Assembly (NCBI GenBank): GCA_043758775.1
Contig: JAYVMU010000037.1
Coordinates: 8,318 to 72,317 of the forward strand
DNA: 64,000 bases
DNA from: Methylophilaceae bacterium
GTDB lineage: Bacteria; Pseudomonadota; Gammaproteobacteria; Burkholderiales; Methylophilaceae
Reading direction: 5' to 3'
A model generated the notes under the pieces. That model was given only the letters and a program-made list of their open reading frames with translations. It made no database searches and was not told the origin of the DNA. Positions 1 to 7,515 of this stretch are shown in pieces. Each line of letters opens with the position of its first letter. Within the stretch, counting starts at the first letter, position 1. A program made the position numbers and the translations under genes.

Positions 1-1
1 G

Positions 2-739
2 ACTGGCTGGAATATTACAGAATTTGCCAATCAGAAAGCACAGCATAATCGCCGCAATCAAAATATTGAAACTGATGCGAATGGCTTTACTTTTCGCCCA
101 ATGCTGCATGAGCCCGGCAGTAGAAATGTACTGGGACGCACTTATTATCAACAAGGAGAAAATCAAGCCGAAGCTATATTACGTGATTTTACCAGCTCAC
201 CGGCCACCGCAACTCATATCGCCACGAAACTAGCGCGTCACTTTGTAAGCGACTCACCGCCAGAGCCACTGGTGCAACGTCTTGCTAAGGTTTTTCTTAA
301 TAAAAACGGCAACCTCAGCAGCGTTTACCACATGCTGATTGATGCTCCTGAAGCATGGCAAGCTGCTCCAACCAAATTCAAAACACCTTGGGAATGGATA
401 ATTTCTAGCCTACGTGGGTTGGGTAGACAAAACCTAAACAATATGAATATTGCGCAAATCATGAATCAACTCGGGCAACCAATCTGGAAGCCTGGCTCGC
501 CCGCTGGTTATGATGACACAGCAGAGTCTTGGACTGCGCCCAATGCCCTATTACGAAGAGTGGAGCTTGCGCAGCGCTTGGCGAATCCTTTCGGCGATAA
601 ACTTGATGCAAGAATGTTAAGTGAAAAAATATTGATGGGTGCAATGAGCCTACAAACACAAACCGCTATCAGTCGATCTGAAAGTGCAGCTACTGGTTTA
701 GCACTATTGTTAGTCTCACCTGAGTTTTTAAGGAGATAA
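2..739 (+). CDS. DUF1800 family protein, C-terminal portion (5' end outside window)
   Basis: The frame stays open from base 2 (TGWNITEFANQ...FTFRPMLHEPGSRNVLGRTYYQ), so the ATG at 101 in the ORF track is internal. The HEPG..LG motif and helical C-terminus are typical of DUF1800. Stop TAA is at 737-739. The usual DUF1501 partner follows directly. Confidence 0.7.
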   Translation, partial: TGWNITEFANQKAQHNRRNQNIETDANGFTFRPMLHEPGSRNVLGRTYYQQGENQAEAILRDFTSSPATATHIATKLARHFVSDSPPEPLVQRLAKVFLNKNGNLSSVYHMLIDAPEAWQAAPTKFKTPWEWIISSLRGLGRQNLNNMNIAQIMNQLGQPIWKPGSPAGYDDTAESWTAPNALLRRVELAQRLANPFGDKLDARMLSEKILMGAMSLQTQTAISRSESAATGLALLLVSPEFLRR

Positions 740-740
740 A

Positions 741-1907
741 ATCAGTACGCAGAATTTTCATATAAGTCGTCGAGATTTCATACGTATCTTTTCTGTTGCG
801 GGTGCAGCCCTATTTGCATCACCTTATATCAGCTTTGCAAACGCCAATACAGATCGCCGCTTCATTTTCATTATTCAGCGTGGTGCGGCTGACGGTCTTA
901 ATACCGTTATTCCATACGCCGACCCTGCTTATGCCAAACTACGTGGTGCATTAACCATTGATAGCTCACAAGCCTTTAAGCTAGATAGCATGTTTGCTTT
1001 ACATCCATCGCTAGCTGAAATTGCAAAAATGTACACCGCTGGACAGGCCTTAATGGTACAGGCTGTTGCCTCGCCCTACCGTGATCGCTCACACTTTGAT
1101 GCGCAAAATGTGCTTGAAACGGGCGGCACGGCTCCTTATCAGCTCAAAGATGGTTGGATGAACCGCTTACTTACACTATTACCTCCCACTCAGAATGAGG
1201 CGATTGCTTTTGCCTCAACGGTACCCATGGCATTGCGTGGAAAAGTTGAGGTGACGTCATATGCACCCTCCGCTTTACCGCAAGCCTCAGATGACTTGCT
1301 AATGCGTGTTTCACAACTCTATGCCACAGATGCACAGCTTAATCCGATATGGACAGCCGCCATGGATGCACGCAATATGTCAGATGATATAAGTAACAAA
1401 CAAGACCCAGCAAGCTTTGGCAAATTAGCAGCCTCATTCTTAGCACGAGCAGATGGCCCCAGAATTGCCATGATAGAAACTGGCGGCTGGGACACACATA
1501 GCGCCCAAGAAGGCCGATTGGCAAGACAACTGCAATCACTTGACACCATGCTAGCCGCATTACGTGATGACCTTGGCCCAGTCTGGCAAAATACCACAGT
1601 AATCGTTGCTACAGAATTTGGCCGAACCGCTGCCACAAATGGCACTGGTGGTACTGATCACGGCACTGCATCAGCAGCTATAATCTTAGGCGGAGATGTT
1701 AAAGGTGGTCGAGTCATCGCCGATTGGCCAGGATTAAATAATAGTAACTTATACGAAGGCCGTGATTTAAAACCCACACTGGCCCTAGATACACTCATAG
1801 CATCAGTCACTGGAGAAAGCTTTGGGATTGATCAAGAAAAAACTTTCAGAATCCTATTCCCTGAAAGCAATGAAACGAAACCCATCTCAGGTTTATTAAG
1901 GATTTAG
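741..1907 (+). CDS. DUF1501 family protein (sulfatase/alkaline-phosphatase-like fold) with twin-arginine signal peptide; non-canonical start codon
   Basis: The ORF track begins at ATG 990, but the frame is open from 732. It encodes ISTQNFHISRRDFIRIFSVAGAALFASPYISFANA (Tat motif SRRDFI plus cleavage site), then the conserved N-terminus FIFIIQRGAADGLN. GGWDTH and GGTDHG motifs lie further in. AGGAG at 731-735 precedes ATC 741. Confidence 0.75.
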   Translation: MSTQNFHISRRDFIRIFSVAGAALFASPYISFANANTDRRFIFIIQRGAADGLNTVIPYADPAYAKLRGALTIDSSQAFKLDSMFALHPSLAEIAKMYTAGQALMVQAVASPYRDRSHFDAQNVLETGGTAPYQLKDGWMNRLLTLLPPTQNEAIAFASTVPMALRGKVEVTSYAPSALPQASDDLLMRVSQLYATDAQLNPIWTAAMDARNMSDDISNKQDPASFGKLAASFLARADGPRIAMIETGGWDTHSAQEGRLARQLQSLDTMLAALRDDLGPVWQNTTVIVATEFGRTAATNGTGGTDHGTASAAIILGGDVKGGRVIADWPGLNNSNLYEGRDLKPTLALDTLIASVTGESFGIDQEKTFRILFPESNETKPISGLLRI

Positions 1908-1950
1908 ATAATTTCTTACTACCAGTAGGTTTTTTGTTTAAAATAAAGTT

Positions 1951-1981
1951 AGCCCCCGACTCAAAGTTACTGGTCGGGGCT
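1951..1981. terminator. GC-rich hairpin between convergent genes (bidirectional terminator candidate)
   Basis: AGCCCCCGAC-tcaaagttactg-GTCGGGGCT, lying between the DUF1501 stop (1907) and the stop of the minus-strand gene (2013). Confidence 0.6.
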
Positions 1982-2012
1982 TAACGTCAAGCTGATACAA
2001 CTAATGAAATAA

Positions 2013-2342
2013 TTATTTACCTATATCTTTGCTTACTGCATTTTCTTGTTGATTCAATGTGCTCTGTTCCTGTTTAGTAATATGGCCATTGTTTTGTGAT
2101 GCCATATCACGCTCTTCCTGACGAACCTGACGATCATCTTTGTGTAAGCTAGCTGCTTGTTTTTTACTTAATTCGCCTTCCTTAACTTCATTATGAATAC
2201 GTTTATTTTGGTTTTGTAAACGGTCATTAACTTGGTCACGGCGCGGGTGATGTTTTTCGAATTTGCTGTCCTTGGCCATAGCAGGTAGTGCTAACATAGT
2301 CATGACTGAAACCCCAATAATAGAAAGTAAAAATTTATTCAT
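2013..2342 (-). CDS. small secreted hypothetical protein (109 aa, charged Q/K/E-rich)
   Basis: Signal peptide MNKFLLSIIGVSVMTMLALPAMA|KD, then a hydrophilic helical sequence (HHPRRDQVNDRLQNQNKRIHNE...). GGAGAA lies upstream of the ATG. I recognise no family name. Confidence 0.6.
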   Translation of the reverse strand: MNKFLLSIIGVSVMTMLALPAMAKDSKFEKHHPRRDQVNDRLQNQNKRIHNEVKEGELSKKQAASLHKDDRQVRQEERDMASQNNGHITKQEQSTLNQQENAVSKDIGK

Positions 2343-2540
2343 TTAGTTTTCTCCTAAGAATTTTAATTAATTTGCATACTACGCAATACAAATATCAACA
2401 GATTAGTTGATATGTATTGATTAAACGTGGGGCAAGCTATAAATCCGTCGCTAAATTAAGTAATTAAAAGATATTTAATTATCAAATTAAATACATAATA
2501 TGGTCACAACCATTCAAGACTTTTGTGCTATAAATACCTC

Positions 2541-4115
2541 ATGAGAAAAGTAAACGCAATCAACTCCGACACCCTGCTCGCCGCTGTAGATTTAGGTTCT
2601 AATAGCTTTCGCTTAGAAATTGGCCGCTATGATAGTGGGCAAATCTTACGTGTGGACTATCTGAAAGAAACAGTGCGTCAAGGTGGTGATCTAGATGAGA
2701 ATCGTAACTTAAAGCCCGAAGCCATTGCCCGTGGGGTTAAATGCCTAGCACGTTTTGGGGAGCGTTTAAAAGGCTTTGCACCAGAGCATGTACGCGCTGT
2801 GGCAACACAAACCTTACGTGAAGCGCGTAATCGTGATGAATTTCTCGCTCAAGCTAGAGTGGCTTTGGGTTATGACGTCGAGGTTATCTCTGGTGTTGAA
2901 GAAGCACGCTTGATTTATCAAGGTGTAAGTCGTTTATTGCCACAATCAGACGAACGCCGCTTGGTGCTTGATATTGGTGGGCGCTCTACAGAATTTATTC
3001 TTGGTCAAAATTTTGATGTGCATAATACAGATTCCCTGCGCGTAGGTTCTGTAGCTTGGTCACTCAAATATTTTGCTGGTGGCGAGCTCACTGAAAAAGC
3101 ATTTATTCGTGGTGAAGTGGCGGCAGAATCATTTTTAGATGCAGTTGCACATATTTATCAGCACAAAGCTTGGGATATCGCCTATGGCGCATCTGGCACC
3201 GCCAGTGCTGTGGTAGAAATCTTAAGTTATACCAACTACAATCTGAATAGCCAGCACGAACCTCAACCTGCTGACCGCATTACTCGCAAAGGCTTAAACT
3301 GGCTACGCGCCGAATTAATACGTGCTAAACACACAGATAATATATTACTTTCTGGCTTAAAAGATGATCGCCGTGCTGTACTTGCAGGCGGTTTATGCGT
3401 GTTATTAGCAACATTTAATTTGCTTGGTATTGAAGAGCTTATCGTCGCCAAAGGTGCATTACGTCATGGCTTACTCTATGACATGGCCTCAGAAAATACC
3501 ACAGATAACACCGACCTACGTGACACCTCTGTTGTACGATTAGCTAGTCGCTTTTCAGTTGATAAACCTCATGCAGACAATGTTGCTAACGTCGCGCTGG
3601 ATTTTTTTGATGATATTCGCGATAACCTTAATACTGAAAATGGGCAATATATTGCACTTAGACGTAAGCTATATTGGGCGGCACAATTACACGAAATTGG
3701 TCAGGCTATTTCACATGCAGAGTCACACCGTCATGGTGCCTATATTATTGATAATACCGAAATCATGGGCTTTGCACAAAGCGAACTGCATCGTCTAAGT
3801 CTACTGGTACTGGCACATAAGGGTAAACTTAAAAAAATTGATGCTGATTTTTTTGACCGCGGTTTTGTTGCACAACTACTATGCTTACGACTCGCTGTCA
3901 TATTCTGTCATGCCAGACAGATACCTGACTTAAAAAACTTAAAAGTGAGTATTGATGGGCAAGTTATTTATTTGAGTATGCCAGCATCTTGGCACACGGA
4001 GTTCCCACAAACCTGCTATTTACTGGAAGAAGAAGTTGTTGCATGGCAAAAGACTAATTGGAGTTTTATGGTCTCCGTCGTGCCTGCATCTACCCATGAA
4101 GCAAATGAAAGCTAG
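2541..4115 (+). CDS. ppx: exopolyphosphatase, Ppx/GppA family
   Basis: Actin-like ATPase motifs AAVDLGSNSFRLEI and LDIGGRSTEF, plus a C-terminal HD-like domain. The track opens at TTG 2523, but ATG 2541 (MRKVNAINSD) is the likelier start. Confidence 0.9.
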   Translation: MRKVNAINSDTLLAAVDLGSNSFRLEIGRYDSGQILRVDYLKETVRQGGDLDENRNLKPEAIARGVKCLARFGERLKGFAPEHVRAVATQTLREARNRDEFLAQARVALGYDVEVISGVEEARLIYQGVSRLLPQSDERRLVLDIGGRSTEFILGQNFDVHNTDSLRVGSVAWSLKYFAGGELTEKAFIRGEVAAESFLDAVAHIYQHKAWDIAYGASGTASAVVEILSYTNYNLNSQHEPQPADRITRKGLNWLRAELIRAKHTDNILLSGLKDDRRAVLAGGLCVLLATFNLLGIEELIVAKGALRHGLLYDMASENTTDNTDLRDTSVVRLASRFSVDKPHADNVANVALDFFDDIRDNLNTENGQYIALRRKLYWAAQLHEIGQAISHAESHRHGAYIIDNTEIMGFAQSELHRLSLLVLAHKGKLKKIDADFFDRGFVAQLLCLRLAVIFCHARQIPDLKNLKVSIDGQVIYLSMPASWHTEFPQTCYLLEEEVVAWQKTNWSFMVSVVPASTHEANES

Positions 4116-4201
4116 TTATTTAAAACTATCAAGAAAATTGTCATAAAAAATTCACAAAAATAGGTTAAACAAGGTATTGAATGTGCTTACAAAAAGACTA
4201 A

Positions 4202-4237
4202 ACTGTTTACACTGTTTACACTGTTTACACTGTTTAT
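4202..4237 (+). repeat. 4 head-to-tail copies of a 9-bp unit ACTGTTTAC (last copy ACTGTTTAT)
   Basis: Read directly: 4202-4210, 4211-4219 and 4220-4228 are identical, and 4229-4237 has one mismatch. The array lies between a TTGAAT(4177)-16nt-TAAACT(4199) promoter-like pair and the AAGGA SD at 4238-4242. Confidence 0.95.
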
Positions 4238-4250
4238 AAGGAATATGAAT

Positions 4251-4658
4251 ATGTCTAAAATTAATCCTATGCAACTTGCTGCCCTGCAAGCACCCACTTC
4301 ACCTATAGCAAAATCTACAACTGCTAAATCAACACCTGCAAAAACTGTAATAACTAAAAGTACTGCTGTGAAACCAGCAACTAAAACAACTGTAGCAAAA
4401 AACAAGACCGTAATTAAAGAGGGGAAAGACAAGCCACGTAAAGCCAAAATGGAACGTGACAGTTTTACTATGCCTAAAGATGAGTACGCGCAAATTACCT
4501 TGATGAAAGCGCGCTTGCTTGCACTTGGGCAACCAACTAAAAAAAGTGAATTGCTACGCGCTGGTATAAAATTATTGGCAGCAATGAGTGATAACACACT
4601 AAAAACCACCTTGGCAGCTATCCCTGTCATTAAAACAGGACGCCCGAATAAGAGTTGA
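4251..4658 (+). CDS. hypothetical DNA-binding-like protein: K/T/A/P-rich histone-H1-like tail plus ribbon-helix-helix-like C-terminal domain
   Basis: The ORF is 4245-4658, and SD spacing favours ATG 4251. The N-terminal low-complexity part reads AKSTTAKSTPAKTVITKSTAVKPATKTTVAKNK. The C-terminal part RDSFTMPKDEYAQITLMKARLLALGQPTKKSELLRAGIKLLAAM has a strand-helix-helix pattern. The fold assignment is inferred, not searched. Confidence 0.65.
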   Translation: MSKINPMQLAALQAPTSPIAKSTTAKSTPAKTVITKSTAVKPATKTTVAKNKTVIKEGKDKPRKAKMERDSFTMPKDEYAQITLMKARLLALGQPTKKSELLRAGIKLLAAMSDNTLKTTLAAIPVIKTGRPNKS

Positions 4659-4678
4659 ATTAGATAGCTATTAAAATT

Positions 4679-4707
4679 AAAAAGAGCGCAAAAAATGCGC
4701 TCTTTTT
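4679..4707. terminator. bidirectional rho-independent terminator
   Basis: AAAAAGAGCGCA-aaaaa-TGCGCTCTTTTT, with A/T runs on both sides, between convergent genes ending at 4658 (+) and 4729 (-). Confidence 0.85.
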
Positions 4708-4728
4708 AATTTTAATACGTGATTTGAA

Positions 4729-5247
4729 TTAATCTAAAATAAACCGTAGATCTTGCACTGTAGCCAAATTAAATTTCTCATCTAACTCAGAATTTTCAAA
4801 CTTTTTGTGCTGCTTTAAATTTTGTGTAAGCCACCAGACTGTACTCTTGTTAATAGTTATTTCTGCAGTATTTAGCTGTAAAAAATAGGCTGCCACCTGT
4901 CCTAACCAAGGTTGATGCCCCACCAGCAATATATCGCTTATGTTACTTTGATGAAAAGTTTCTTGAACAAGCTGCAAAACCTCTTCAATGCTAGCTTCAG
5001 GTAATAAGCTCTTATCTAGATGATATGGCAAATCTAGTGCTTGAGCAGTTTGTTCTGCTCGCAATGCTGGGCTAGAAATAATACGGATGTCTTTAGCTAA
5101 ATGCTGCTTGAGCCAGGTAGCCATCATTACTGCTTGGCCTTTACCTTTTTTAGTCAGCGCTCGACTAAAATCATTATCTGCAAATTGCACATCTTGTGCC
5201 TCCGCATGGCGCCATAAAATTAGATTTTTACGCTGGTTAATCGTCAT
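4729..5247 (-). CDS. sixA: SixA-like phosphohistidine phosphatase (histidine phosphatase superfamily branch 1)
   Basis: LILWRHAEA (RHG-type catalytic His motif) and LLVGHQPWL. The protein is 172 aa. It starts 3 nt after the ppk1 stop. Confidence 0.8.
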   Translation of the reverse strand: MTINQRKNLILWRHAEAQDVQFADNDFSRALTKKGKGQAVMMATWLKQHLAKDIRIISSPALRAEQTAQALDLPYHLDKSLLPEASIEEVLQLVQETFHQSNISDILLVGHQPWLGQVAAYFLQLNTAEITINKSTVWWLTQNLKQHKKFENSELDEKFNLATVQDLRFILD

Positions 5248-5250
5248 AAC

Positions 5251-7317
5251 TTAACGACTATTAACCGTCTTCATCAAACTTGTTTGAGCGCTTTTTAATT
5301 CTTCAGTCGGGTTACTCTGTCTGTTTTTAACTTGTGAATAAATACCACCCGCGCCTAGTTCCCAAGCGTCTTGGGTGTCATCCAAATAAGGCTGTAAATT
5401 TTCTTTAATGATACGCGCTTGCATGGTCTTATCTAAAATTGGCCACGCAATTTCTATGCGACGCATCATATTGCGATTCATCCAGTCTGCACTGGATAGC
5501 CACATTTTTTGCACTCCTGCCACATCAAAATAAAACACCCGGGAATGCTCCAAGAACCGCCCTACAATTGATCGCACACGAATACGCGCTGCAACACCAA
5601 TAGTATCCATAGGCAAAATGCAAGCGCCGCGGATAATTAAATCAAATTCGACACCACGTTGTGCGGCTTGAATAATTGCAAGCACTAGCGCCTCATCCGT
5701 GAGCGCATTCATCTTTACAATAACTTTAGCAACTTGTCCTCGACTTGCAGCCAAGCCTGCTGCCTTAATTTTACGTAGCATTGTGCTTTGTAGATTAAAT
5801 GGGGCTACTAAAAGCTTTTTCATTCTAGGTAACGGCACTTGACTAGTCAGGTGACGGAATAAATTCTCCATTTCACGTGTAAGGACATTATCCGCAGTCA
5901 GCATACAAATATCGGTGTAAAGTCTCGCAGTTGTAGGATTGTAATTACCCGTGGAAACATGCCCATAGCGCTTGATAACACGACCTTCTCGACGCTTTAT
6001 TAGCAACATCTTGGCATGCGTCTTCAAGCCAACCACGCCATACACGACTTGTGCACCTACCGATTCTAATGCTTCCGCCCAGCTGATATTGGCCTCTTCA
6101 TCAAAACGCGCTTTAAGTTCAACTACTGCCAGCACCTCTTTGCCACGACGCACCGCCTCCTGCAACAGTTGCAGCATGCGCGCATCAGAACCTGTACGAT
6201 AAATAGTCTGGTGAATTGCCAACACGTCTGGGTCATGTACCGCTTCATGCAAAAACTGAATGACCGCTTCAAAACTTTCAAAAGGTTGATGTATTAATAC
6301 ATCAGTTTTTTTGAGTTTAGTAAAAAACGACTCGCCCATTTTTAACTGACGCGGCCATGCTGGCTGAAAAGATGTAAATTTCAAATCAGTATGTTGCACC
6401 CAATCACACAACTGTATTAAACGCCCTAAGTTCACAGGGCCATGCACGCGGTAAAGCGCCTGAATAGGTAAATCAAACTGCCTTAATAAAAAGTCTGCAA
6501 GTGCATCTGGGCATGTATGTGATACTTCTAAGCGAATAGGCTCCCCATAAGCCCGATGCACCAGCTCTTGACGCAATGCCGTACGTAGATTGCTCACATC
6601 ATCTTCATCCAACGCCATATCAGAATGGCGCGTCACTCTAAATTGTGAGTAGTTAAGTATTTCACGCCCACCAAATAAATCGGTTAAATGGGCACGAATA
6701 ATACTGGTGAGCGAAACAAAACACTGTTGCTTATTACTGATTTTTTTAGGCAGCGTAATCAAACGCGGTAACAGGCGTGGCACTCGCACAATCGCAATGG
6801 GATTATTTCGGCCAAAGGCATCTTTACCCCCCAGCTCCACAATAAAGTGTAGTGATTTATTAGCTACTTGCGGGAAGGGATGTGAAGGATCTAGTGCCAC
6901 AGGCACTAATAGTGGCTTAACATCAGTCTCAAAATAGTTAGCCACCCAACGTTTCTGCGTGGCATCACGCTCATTATTCGACAACAACTGAACGCCGTGT
7001 TTAGCTAATACTGGCATCAACTCATGATTAAAAATATGATATTGCTTTTCTACCAAAGCGTGCGCTTCAGCTGATACCAATTCAAAACTTTTAACTGTTA
7101 CCAGACCTTTTTGATCATTATCACGCAGAGCCTCAAGCTGAGAGGCCATACGCACCTCAAAAAATTCATCTAAATTTGCGGAGACAATACATAAAAAGCG
7201 TAGCCGCTCTAACAAGGGGTAATCAGGATTGACAGCCAATGCTAATACACGCCGATTAAAGTCAAGAATACTCGCATCGCGGTCTAGCAAATTAACAGCT
7301 GTAGGTAGCTTATGCAT
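5251..7317 (-). CDS. ppk: polyphosphate kinase 1
   Basis: 688 aa, with RFLCIVSANLDEFFEVR, KTHAKMLLIKRREG and GRFLEHSRVFYF (PPK1 N/H/C1/C2 domains). Confidence 0.95.
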   Translation of the reverse strand: MHKLPTAVNLLDRDASILDFNRRVLALAVNPDYPLLERLRFLCIVSANLDEFFEVRMASQLEALRDNDQKGLVTVKSFELVSAEAHALVEKQYHIFNHELMPVLAKHGVQLLSNNERDATQKRWVANYFETDVKPLLVPVALDPSHPFPQVANKSLHFIVELGGKDAFGRNNPIAIVRVPRLLPRLITLPKKISNKQQCFVSLTSIIRAHLTDLFGGREILNYSQFRVTRHSDMALDEDDVSNLRTALRQELVHRAYGEPIRLEVSHTCPDALADFLLRQFDLPIQALYRVHGPVNLGRLIQLCDWVQHTDLKFTSFQPAWPRQLKMGESFFTKLKKTDVLIHQPFESFEAVIQFLHEAVHDPDVLAIHQTIYRTGSDARMLQLLQEAVRRGKEVLAVVELKARFDEEANISWAEALESVGAQVVYGVVGLKTHAKMLLIKRREGRVIKRYGHVSTGNYNPTTARLYTDICMLTADNVLTREMENLFRHLTSQVPLPRMKKLLVAPFNLQSTMLRKIKAAGLAASRGQVAKVIVKMNALTDEALVLAIIQAAQRGVEFDLIIRGACILPMDTIGVAARIRVRSIVGRFLEHSRVFYFDVAGVQKMWLSSADWMNRNMMRRIEIAWPILDKTMQARIIKENLQPYLDDTQDAWELGAGGIYSQVKNRQSNPTEELKSAQTSLMKTVNSR

Positions 7318-7405
7318 CGCAGTTAAATTAGCTATTGTTTTAATAGTTGTATTTTTAATGATAGTATCTTAATCAGTATTAACTACTTGTCATTCTAGCA
7401 ATTCA

Positions 7406-7425
7406 ATATGAAGGATTTATGACTT
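7406..7425 (-). promoter_or_regulatory. weak candidate Pho box upstream of ppk1
   Basis: The minus strand reads AAGTCATAAATCCTTCATAT. By my count it matches CTGTCATAWAWCTGTCAY at 14 of 18 positions. It lies about 90-110 nt upstream of the ppk ATG. Confidence 0.3.
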
Positions 7426-7515
7426 TCATATTAATATCACAATTCTCATAGCGTCTTTCAGACTATTTGCAGTCAAGCCTTAGATTATACAACCCTAACA
7501 GCTTATTACTAGCTG

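Noticed and set aside
24-233. 69-aa ORF at the window start
   Set aside because: It overlaps, out of frame, the DUF1800 reading frame, which is open from base 2 and carries the conserved HEPG motif.
2488-2512. Pho-box-like TGGTCACAACCATTCAAG upstream of ppx
   Set aside because: Both heptamers are poor matches and it lies too close to the start codon region. I judged it chance similarity.
4202-4237. Could the tandem repeat be a tiny CRISPR array?
   Set aside because: The units are 9 bp and directly abutting with no spacers, and no cas genes are present. This is not CRISPR architecture.
4187-4630. 147-aa minus-strand ORF overlapping the RHH-like gene; its C-terminus reads NSVNSVNSVNS
   Set aside because: It is the antisense shadow of 4251-4658. 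The NSV repeats are just the translated 9-bp DNA repeat. It has no SD and odd composition.
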